From Mizuhopecten yessoensis (lineage: Eukaryota), in the NCBI RefSeq assembly GCF_002113885.1, contig NW_018405386.1, positions 902,921-966,920 of the forward strand: a stretch of DNA of 64,000 nucleotides, in the 5' to 3' direction. Shown here piece after piece: positions 12,001 through 24,000 of the stretch. Numbering within the stretch: position 1 is the stretch's first letter; each line of letters begins with the position of its first letter. Position numbers and translations under genes: made by a program. The notes beneath the pieces were generated by a model that saw only the letters and a program-made list of their open reading frames with translations, made no database searches and was not told the origin of the DNA.

Positions 12001-15000
12001 GCATATGCATTAATGACATATAAACAACTTTTAAAGAGTTATGCACATTTTTATCCTGTACTAATTCAACCAAAGAACTGATTCACTCTTTTAATTCCAC
12101 TTTATGAAGCAAAGTCACTTTAAGTGTGTAGTGCTGTCAACAGCTTTTCAAATACTGCAGAGCGGACCTAAAAAATCATTAAAAATCCCCTGCATTCCAT
12201 CTATTGTGCAAGTTTGAACTTTTTGTGGCAATCATAGTGCCCAATCCCATATTTGATTATGATGATTTACTATGATCTACTTGATACAGATGATCAAGTA
12301 GTTCTGTCAATAGACTTTCAAATTCTGCAGAGTGGATGATGAAATCTTTAAAATCACTTGAGTTTTGAATAGGATATTGTTTGAGTCCCTGAACCAACCT
12401 TGACTATAACACTGGTTAAGCAGGGCCACCTGGCCAGACAGGAGATACAGGTGGAGCTGAGCCATGTTGGACTGTAGCGACGGAATCGTGATGAAGCAGT
12501 ATGCAGCACAGGCCTGTACAAACAATAGGCTTTGATAATGGTCATGGCTATCGGGGAATATCAAATCATTGTTGGTCAGTGTTCACATCAAATTCTTAAA
12601 TTTGATTTAAAAATATTATTTTTTCATATTTTCGTCACATAGTTGTTTTGAAATTGGTAATACAGTAAAACATACATTTATATGAATATGCTTAATGAAA
12701 CTAAGCCATATAAATTATACTAATATCGAGAACAAATCTGTACCAAATATAATATTCTTACTTTGTATTAAGCCTTAACAAAGCCATCCTCAATACTCAA
12801 GGGGTTATGCTCACTTTCCCTCTCTGCATCCCTGGAATATTTCATGGCAAAATCAAATGTACAGTGTCCACCACCTTGTGGTTGAGACGAAAAAAACTAG
12901 TCTGATCCTTTGATGTACATTAAAAGAATCTGTCAGTCGCGTAGCGGTAAAATTGACTGGCTTTGAAGTTGGGTGTAGCTAGCTGCCTGTCTTCAATTTT
13001 TTATGACATATTCCAGGGGTGCGGGGAGCGAAAGTGACGGTATAACCCCTGGAGAATCGAGGATGTAAAGCTATTTCTGAGTTTACTGACAAAGATTTGT
13101 GTACACAGTATGCAGTATGCTAGGGAATGATAATACAATGTAGTTACTGAAGATTTATAAGGGTGTTTCAATTCAGACTTGAGTAAAAGTAAGAAGTTCA
13201 GTTCAGTTTCAGCTTCAAAAAAGAACATTAATTGCAGGAATCAAAATTGTGAAACTTACTCTTTAAGACTAGTTAATGTCTACCATGACTGTTAACACAC
13301 ACTGTAATACCAGGAGAGTGAGCTTTCTTACCCGTACAAAGTTCCCAGTCTACCATGACTGTTAACACACACTGTAATAACAGGAGAGTGAGCTATCTTA
13401 CCCTTACATATTTCCCGGTCTACCATGACTGTTAACACCCACTGTAATACCAGGAGAGTGAGCTATCTTACCCGTACAAAGCTCCCGGTCTACCATGACT
13501 GTTAACACACACTGTAATACCAGGAGATTGAGCTATCTTACCCGTACAAAGTTCCCGGTCTACTATGACTGTTAACACACACTATAATACCAGGAGAGTG
13601 AGCTATCTTACCCGTACAAGTTCCCAGGCGACCATGGCAGTTAACACACACTGTAATACCACCCAGTCTACCATGACTGTTAACACACACTGTAATACCA
13701 GGAGAGTGAGTTATCTTACCCGTACAAAGTTCCCGGTCTACCATGGCTGTTAACAGACACTGTAATACCAGGAGAGTGAGCTATCTTACCCGTACAAGTT
13801 CCCAGGCGACCATGGCAGTTAACACACACTGTTATACCAGGAGAGTGAGCTATCTTACCCGTACAAGTTCCCAGGCGACCATGGCAGTTAACGCACACTG
13901 TTATACCAGGAGAGTGAGCTATCTTACCCGTACAAAGTTCCCAGTTTACCATGACTGTTAACACACACTATAATACCAGGAGAGTGAGCTATCTTACCCG
14001 TACAAGTTCCCAGGCGACCATGGCAGTTAACACACACTGTTATACCAGGAGAGTGAGCTATCTTACCCGTACAAGTTCCCAGGCGACCATGGCAGTTAAC
14101 ACACACTGTAATACCAGGAGAGTGAGCTATCTTACCCCTACAAAGTTCCCGGTCTACCATGGCTGTTAACAGACACTGTAATACCAGGAGAGTGAGCTAT
14201 CTTACCCGTACAAAGTTCCTAGTCTACCATGACTGTTAACACACACTATAATACCAGGAGAGTGAGCTATCTTACCCGTACAAAGTTCCCGGTCTTCCTT
14301 GAATGATTACCATTAACAACTCTTCTCGTTTCTATGGCCAAATTGTTTACATTCTGAAATCACATGTCAAAACAATTATTGTAAACAAACACAAGAAACC
14401 CAATAACATTTATATAAGTAAACTATTAAACCTACATTCAAATTGAAACTATATAAATTTTAACTAGAATTTCGTTTTTGTGAACAAAAACATATGTCTC
14501 CCCTTATTAGCCAATAGACAAACTTCGGTATCAAAAAAAAAACAAAGGGCCATATCTCTTTAAAAAGCGGGGTACGAGATCCGAATTTAGAATGCGACAC
14601 TCCTATATATAGCTACTTCCCAAGATACATTAAAAGTTTGGTTAATGTAGGTGAAATAACATGGAAGTTATGCCGTGGACAAACTTCGGTATCAAAAGAT
14701 AAACAAAGGGCCATAACTCTGTATTTAGTGAAGCACAAAACCTGATTTTAGTGCCAGAGATTTCACCTTCCCCAAGATACATAAATATGGCAAGTTTGGT
14801 CAACGTAGGTGAAATAACATGGAACTTATGCCGTGGACAAACTTCGGTATTAAAATTAAACAAAGTGCCATAACTCTGTATATAGTTGGGCACGAGACCT
14901 AGTTCTAGTGCATTTCACACCTTCTGTGGGTGATGCAAGTATGCTTCAAGTTTGATCAAGATATCTTTAACGGTTTAAAATTTACAGGCCAGACAAGAAT

Positions 15001-18000
15001 TTACTAAAAATGTTGCACTTATTTGACCTTTGACCTTGAGGTGAAGGTCACAGTGACCTAATTCCAGTGCACCGCACACATTCCGTGGGTGATGCATGCA
15101 CACCTTAAGTTTCATCAAGATATCTTTAACGGTTTAAAAGTTATGGCCCCGCCAGTTGAGATTAGAAGAACCAGAAGAAGAAGAACCAGTATTAATACAA
15201 TATGTCTGCCCTTTGAATTCACAATTAACATAAAAATTCTCTAATATTAGTGAATCTTTTTTTATCATGTTGAAATGACTTGGAGAAATATCAATGATTT
15301 ATTGTATGTTCTTATTTAATTTATTTCAGATTTTTTTATCTTAGGTATTCTATTACAATTCCTTTTCTTTCTCCCTAAATAGCATGTCAAGAGCATCAGG
15401 TGAAGATGGCCGTCAGTATTTACCTGTACAAGTTGAATGAGGACAAGATCCAGATTTGTGAAAGCAGATCTCGCCTCGACGTAAAAACTAAGCTGTTGCT
15501 CAAAGTCCTTCCCAAAGGAAATCTTCAGCACAAAATTGGAAATTAGGTGGCTCACCATCTTCTTCTCATCAGCCAGGGTGAGTGCACTGTGGGTAAAATT
15601 GAACCAATATGATACAAATCTATATATTTTGACTGAATCATGCATGGTTTCACAGGAAAGAAATTTAATTGACATGATAATTGACAGTCAATACACACTT
15701 CAACAGATGGAAGTTTTAGCTTTTATGATGCTTACTTTACAGAATCATGCATGGTTTCACAGATATAAGTTATAATATACTTGATAACTGGCAGATTGAT
15801 TCATGGTTCAACAGATGAAAGTTATAGGGTATATGTTACTTACTTGACAGAATCATGCATGGTTTTACAGATGAAAGTTAAAGCATTTATAATCACAGGG
15901 TCATTTGTTGGCTCGGACTGGTGTCTGAAAATGGACAAAAAATACTATGATTATTCAGTAAAACATGAATGAGAAATAATTAAGACAGTCAACCGGGGTG
16001 AAACATCAAAACTTTATCAATATCAAAATGCATACCCTGGTCCTGGCCATCTTCATTTCACTAGTAATTTATAGCATAGTTACATGAGTGTGAAGTTGTA
16101 TTGAGGGTCTATCCTTTATGGAATCCAAAACACAGTCCCTCAATACAGACGGTCTCTTAACTAGGCTACATTCGCGTATCCCGGTTGAAACGGTACATGT
16201 GGCGCAGAAATTTTCCACGATAAACGAACACACTTGGACCGTTCTATAAGCAGAGCTAAAAATCCACAGTTTCGGAGAATAAAAAACAATGTATCAAGAA
16301 TATTATGCCATTTTCCCACGCGTCCACTAAATTACATAACGGATCTTAAAAATTACATGCGACTTGACATTGTTTAAGAAAGAAATAACGCAAATTGGCA
16401 ATAGTCAGCATTTTAGTTTCGGTCAGGTACGTCTGGACCCCTCAATCTACACGTACCAAATTTTCGTGAGGTCAGCCTCGGTCCAAATCTGTACCTGTCG
16501 TTTTCTTTACAGGTTGAACTGGTTCAACCGTTTCAACCGGATACGCGAATGTACCCTAAGAGGTTCAATTCACAATGAAATCACTACAAAGGGGAGATTA
16601 TCACTGGTCTCTTAACACAGGTGTTTTCTTAATGCAGGTGGACACTTGAGCAGATTTGAACATACACACAAAACACTTTTTGTAGTATTTAATGCATAAA
16701 AATTGAAATATACAGCAACGTGTCCTCTCCACCAGACCAGTTAAAACCCACGTATTATGGTACATGTATACCCTTCCCTCAGTTCAAGATAAACCCACGC
16801 ATAGGATACAAGCTAGGTATGCCCTTTCCCTCAGAACAAGATAAATCAACAAGTTATTTAATTTCTCTCACATCCAGGTAGCTTCACAACATCCTTTCTC
16901 TCAGATCATGTTAGGACTACAAACTCAGAACAAGGTAAATCAACAAGTAATTTAACTCGGAACAAGATAAATCAACAAGTAATTAAACTCAGAACAAGGT
17001 AAATCAACAAGTAATTTAACTCATAACAAGGTAAATCAACAAGTAATTTAACTCAGAACAAGGTAAATCAACAACAAGTAATTCAACTCAGAACAAGGTA
17101 AATCAACAAGTAATTTAATTTCTCTAACATCCACAACATTCTTTCACTCAGATCAAGTTACTGGTAGGCCTATCCAGTTATACAATTTTCACCCCGAGCA
17201 AAACTAGCCATGATGTGTTAAATCAGAATGTTATTTTGATTTGTTAAATATTTACAAAAAGAGTAAATACCAACATCGACTTACTTTGCAAAAGCTTCCA
17301 TTATGGTTTTACATATATCAACTTTGACAGCCTCTTTCTGGAACATGTCTATGAACGGCAGGAACTTAGTCTAAAAATAGAGTTTGATAGTTGGTAATTT
17401 TTATCCCTCAACACTTTCAAGGTCAAGGCTGTGCGTGTGGTAATTATAAACTTAAATCCCTACAAAATGTAGCACTGTACAGTGACTATAGGAACACCTT
17501 AAGGAAGTGAGGGAAAAAATCTAAGAAAGTTTCCTGAACTTTAGTTATGATATCCTATGCAAAAATTTAAAGAATATCCTAAAATTATAGCTTCGAGGAT
17601 ATCCATATATTTCAAACACCGATAAAAAGCATTTTTTTGGGAAAAACATATCATATATTTTCCCTGAAAAGCATTACATGATTATTTTTATAATGATGTT
17701 GCAGTGAGATTTTCTATTCACAAATGTCAGCAATAAATTATATATGTTTATTCAGATCAGATATGGATAAATTTCAACAAAATATATTAATTTCAAAATT
17801 TGTCTAGAAAAAAAATCCTAGAAAATACATTATTTGACATAAAAAAAAACTATTTCGGGAAATTCTTTCCAGACAGATGAAACATTTAAACCTACCAATG
17901 CAAAGAGCTCAGAGAAGTCCTGTATGTGGGTCACAACTTTGGCGACGACAGACTGGAGCTGTGGGTAGTAATCCTCAAATGCTCGGTCCGGAGTCATGTG

Positions 18001-21000
18001 TTTGATTATGTCTGCTAGGATTGTATTCACCTCCCTCTTCTACAACAGTAGCATGTGATCGAGTGTTTTATTACTGTAATCAGCAGAACTATCATATACT
18101 TAAGCAATATATTCTTAGTTAACCAGAAAGTCAAGTGCATCAATTTTCAGGCTATTCTCTTTGTAATCAATTATATCACATGAGGCTTGCCAACCTCCAG
18201 GATGCTCAGGGTGGGAGATCTCCCTCCACTGGATATTCCAGTGTGGGAGTCTTTTGACGGCGTCAAAGCGTAACGTCGTTTCAGTAATTGAGACCATGTG
18301 ACATGTAATTTCAAAGCCACAACTCGAAGAAAAAGAGGTACAGTAGCATCAAAGATACCTGGAAAAGTCCATGCATTGCAAAATTTGATTATAAAGAATA
18401 ATAACAATTAATTATTTTTCAAATCATTAATTTAAAGTTTTATTCAAATTTACATCAAGTGTCATACTTACCTTGAAGTTTATAACTACATATTCAATCC
18501 AAATCTCTGCACTGCCAATGTAATCCTGCAAAATGGTAGAAAGTACAAAATTAGCATTTAACATGAAAAATTCTATCACACTTTAATATCGTGTCACCGT
18601 CTTGAAGAATGCAATTTTCATATCTAATGTTTTGATCTTGTAAATTATTTTTTTTCGTATATTATAAGTTCAATATGTGTATTTGATTTACTAACACATA
18701 TGGCTGTTTTGGATTTTGATTTCTAAACAATTAATTTAGCATGTTTTTGTTGTGTATATGTTAAAAAAAATCACACTCAATCCCATGTTTAGGTACCCAA
18801 ACTAAAGCTTGATGATGAAAGTCATATGCAATGGGATTCTCTACATATTGTGTCATAATTTTAATGTATTACAAAACATTGAACGCCACAAGATAGTTTA
18901 AGTTAACAAGCTGCTGAATAGACTTTCAACAGCCGCACCAAGGTTTTTGTATGAACCCAGGTCTTTTTTTGAAGTACTGGTTCTTACCGCAGGGTTTTTG
19001 AGTTTCATGACCGCCTTCCATACTTCATTGAGGACGGTAAGTTTCTGTTCCTCGGGGGGAGAAGTCATCACAAGACACAGCCCAAGGGTTCGGTGCAACA
19101 AATGCTACCAAAGAAAAAACATTAACATATGTACGAGGTATTCAATGATTTCCCTAAGACGAGTAAAAGTGCCACTACAATAAATGTTTGTATCTTTGCA
19201 AGTCTCTCTTTCCTTAAAAAAAAAAAGAAAATACAATGTTTGCCATCCCTTTTAACAAAAGTTACATCAAATATATCAAAAGTACCTATGTAGTCAATTT
19301 TTTTAAAGACAAATCACTATTTCAAACCAACCATTTTTTGAACATTGTTCAAACAAACATTTCAACATGAAAATTATCCAGTAATGTAAAAATCAATCAG
19401 GTCCCACCTAACTAAACATAAAGATTAACATTATTGTTTGGTCATTTGTTTTGATGGGACTGAATCTGCAATAATACTTAGGTTATCTACACGATATGCT
19501 ACCTTTGGGAATCCAGTATCCTCACTTTCCCGAATCATTTCTGTGAACTCCACAGCTCGAACGGCAATGTATTCCGGTTTGAACGCAGAAATGATAGAAT
19601 TCAACAGCAGAGCACTGAAATTAAACAAAACAGTCATCCGAGTCTAAGTATTTGTTATTTTTGTATTTTAATAAAGAAAACCGTAAACTAAGTCCTACTG
19701 AATAAGTCAGTACTAATGTTGTTAGTACTGCCTGATACCAAGCGCATTCAAACACCTAAAGGATCACCTCAATTTCAAAATCATGAATGGAGGATTTTTT
19801 TTCTCCAGCATTTTCAGCACAAAAGTTGTCTTATTCTATAATACTGTGGTGCTTGTAACATTCAAGTGTGAATTCAAAACATATTCAATAGAGGACATTC
19901 AAACCTTCAAATTGCAATCATTAAAAAAATAGGTCTTCCCCACAGAACAAACACTGCTACGACTGCAGAAGTAACGATTAACACTATAGCTACTACATTC
20001 AAGTCAAGATACAGCTACTAGACCCAACTCTGTCAAACAAAACACAGACAAGGTAACACTTAAACCGGTAACCACGATTCATCAAATATAATCAACAGAA
20101 TACCTTTTGCAGTGTTTTTTGAACTTCTGGAGGACGTCCATGAGCGTTTGTTCAGACGACCTGTTGGCGATACACTGCAGCAGCCAGTCCAGGGCGGGGG
20201 AGAACAGCGTCAGGTATTTAGGCATCTCCAGCTTCTGCATGGCTAGCACATTCTGTACATAGTCGCCCTGAATCTGTAAGATATAGACATGATGACATCA
20301 TTAACTGATTCAAATCAATTTTTTTCACCTATATAAGCTACATCTGAAATAATTTCTCAGATAAACATACGTATTCTGGGATCAATCTAGACTTGATTCA
20401 CTTTCGTTTATGGGTAGTTTCCCCTACAGAAGAAAAATTCCCCTGTTCTTTGAAATTCCCCCTGTGTGCTTCAAAAAAGAAAAAAAGTTCAACAGTTAAA
20501 ATGCATAAAACTGCATATATACATTTTCTTCACATAATTGAAACAAAAAAATCTACAATTTTAAGCTTAAAATTGTTTATTAATTGAAATATACTGCACA
20601 CATGTATGTCGGACAAAACATTTATCTTGTACCTTCATGATGCTAGAGCCTTGTATCAAAATTCTAATTACCCCCAAATCTGAAAAAGGGTAGATTCCCC
20701 TAAACCTAGATTGATACCTTCGCCTGTATTCATGAAACCGTTCTCACGCTCAAGCATGGATTCTGTGTTCAAACCAACTTTCTTGTAACTCGCTTAAATC
20801 TTGTCAAACAATCAGAAAGTCGAAAGTAATTTTTAACGAGAAGAAGAAATTAGGCTTGAGCACTAATTCCATGCTTGAGCATGAGAACGGTTACATGAAT
20901 ACGGATCCTGGTATTAAATTACCATAGGAGGGATTTACCATAAGAGGGTATTGGTATACCTAAGGTATACTCCTGAAACCTGGAAGATTGAAGTCAACAT

Positions 21001-24000
21001 TCCTTTGCACCTATAGGACATTGTTCATTACCCCTGCATAAATTTCTCAGTTTAATTCATTCATCCCTGGATACGCATTTGAACTCCTCCAATTCAAAAG
21101 TTGGAATAGTTCATTAAGAAATTTCAGGGGTGAATGAGTTAAAGGAACATAAAAATTCAACACTGTATGATATGAATGTGACCTTTAACGGTTTGCCTTC
21201 CTATATCCAGCCACCAAGTCATATTACAGAATTTTACCATTGCAGCTTCAAATACAAAGATTGTAATGTATCTCCAAACTGTTAGCTTTAGGTAATATTT
21301 GTGTCACATTCGCATTGTCTGTTACGCCTTAAAGGTTTCCCTCCTTGATGTCCCACTGAAGAAAAGTCATCGAAGACATTGTAAGCATGTGCTGCACTAG
21401 ATCACCTTGAAATACCAGTGAAATTCACATTGTAAAGCCGAGATAATTCTCAGGCTATTTTGCGACTTCTGCTTCGGATTACACCAGAAACTAGACATGG
21501 GAATAATGGGTGGTGATGGAATGCATCGATATCTAGAAAACAAAAGTAGTTTCAATCTTTTACGTGAGGCAGTCTTTGCTATTGCCAGTGTCAGATGGTA
21601 AGATAGGACACTGTCGGCAGCAGGCAAAGAGTTAAGTAAACCTTGACTACGGTGACGATGGTTCACTAGAGAGTTAGAAATTCACCAACAGTTCCAGGAC
21701 TTACTTGTGCATATGAGACAAGGAAGTCGTCAAAACAAGGCATCAGATGGTCAGAGATCGTAGGAGCTATCAGCATCCCAACCTTCATAGTAACAAAAAG
21801 AAATGGCCGTCACTCATACAGAACCAAATTGACACTACAAATGTATATAGGAGAGTTTCAGAGACCTAGGTACATACAATATGTACTATATGACATTAAA
21901 TTCCTTTTTTCCCCCCACCTGCCATCTTCGTCCATATTACACACTATTAGATTGAATGAAAATAATCGGAAATGATAATGTTAGAGTTGAAATTGTTTGC
22001 TACTTTCACATTTTAAATTCTAAATATGTGCAAAAATCTTTTGACATGCTGTGAAACACAAACTACCGCTGCATCCCCAATATGACAATTTCCTCAGGCA
22101 GAATTGTTTGAAGAGCCATTATGTAAAAATTGTGTTATTTACGGTTAGTTCTACAATGTGTTGTAAACTGTGGGATTTCTTATATATGTAGCATCTTCAT
22201 TTTTCACCAATGTTTCACAATCATCTATAAATCAAACTTATTTTTACCATCAAGTGTTTATAAATATATATACGTATCAATTTGAGGCAAAGAGTTACTT
22301 ACCCTGCTAAGATAACAACGGGCATAAATAGCCACTAGGGGATCTCCGATACCTTTGATCATGGCCATCAATCTTTTTAACGCATCTGTGTACTCCCTGA
22401 AAAAAATGTCAATACCAGATTTTGAATAATTCTATTCCTGACACCCAGTACCCAAATCATAGATTTCACCATTTCCAACACCAACCTTTGTATTTATAGA
22501 TCAATGAAACAAAAAGGGATTACAGGCCGTGATAGTTTTTGATAATTTTCTTCTTTGCCGAAAAGAAGGTAGATCAAGGCCAGGATAGGATTAGTACTAC
22601 TATTGGTTTAACATTTTATCCATTTTCTTTACTTACAAAGAGTCTTGACTTGCTATCAATAAAAGAGATATACCTACCCTTGGTTGAGGTAGCTGTAACA
22701 CTTCAGTATGGCCGTTTCCACGTAGAACCTAGGTATAAGCTCCCGTATCGAGGCTATCTTGTAAAACCAGTTCCGACACGTTTCCTTGGCTGACTCAGGC
22801 ACCTGGTCAGGTGTGAAATTGTCTGCAGAATGCAAACCAAGATGTCATATGAAAAGACATTCGGACTGATGGAAAAGCCAAACACTATGTTACTGGGGCA
22901 TACAAATAGGGTACATTTCATGGAATATACTTTCCTAGTTGTCAATCCATAGATTGGAAGACTTCCTAACACAATGAACATGTATATGCAATTCCCCTTT
23001 AAATACTCACCTGGTAACTTGACCGGGACTCCACTGCCAGGCGGGTAGTACATGGCCTTCTCCTTCAGCCTGTCGTACACCAATCTTCCTGTTATTAAAA
23101 AAAAAAGTTTTATTTCCACAAACAGACATTTCACAAACATATAACACAAAACGACAGACAGAGAAACAGTAATTTCACCAAGCGCTACACAAAAGAAACA
23201 ATCCAATTTTTGAAGACCAATTGTTCAATGGTGAGACACATGTTGACCCAAATGCCGGTAGTTCAGCCTACACCTGCTGGAACATCTAGGTTTAGACACT
23301 GGCATAATTTGACAAATTATGGGGTATAAATGAAAGTCCTTTTTATTATTATTTACTGTAAATGTTTTAAGTTAATGAGGTCAAGGCTCACAAACACTTA
23401 CCAAACGTGTCCAGTATGTCTGTGATGAGGACAAACTTGCTTGGGTAGAACTGAATCACTGATGTGTCCGCTAACAGCTTGGAACACTGTAACACACACA
23501 GCAGTACAAACAGTTTGGTTTGGTATTTTTTTTACAGCCCATCACAATTTAAGTCCATACAAACAGATCACATCAATAACTGCTAATGACATCACAGAAT
23601 GAAAGGTTTCATGGAAAATGGATGTGTTCAGAAAGGACCTCGAAAATCAGATTTACAGGAAAACATATCCAGTAATGCACTTGTGGCAAAAAAAATAATC
23701 CTAAAATACCATATAGGTACCTACAAGAACGAAGGAACTGACAGGGTATAATGGAGAAGTAAAGGATGATCTCATTCAGTAATATTGACGAACACCAGGT
23801 CATCCTTCTACCTTGTATGGTGTACAGGGTTCGATTGTTTATATGCTTCTGGGTGATCTGACTGAGCACAAACAAACAATGACAAATCCAACATTTTCTA
23901 ACATGTAAGATGAATAATTTTGTTTGTTAAAATCAAGTCAAATGATCAAGGTTAATTGCAACAGAGCACCTGGTTTAGTAAGTAAAATAGAACACAGGCA

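Noticed and set aside
13538-14169. Repetitive 62-82 aa ORFs on both strands
   Set aside because: They are translations of the 69/70-bp minisatellite, not genes.
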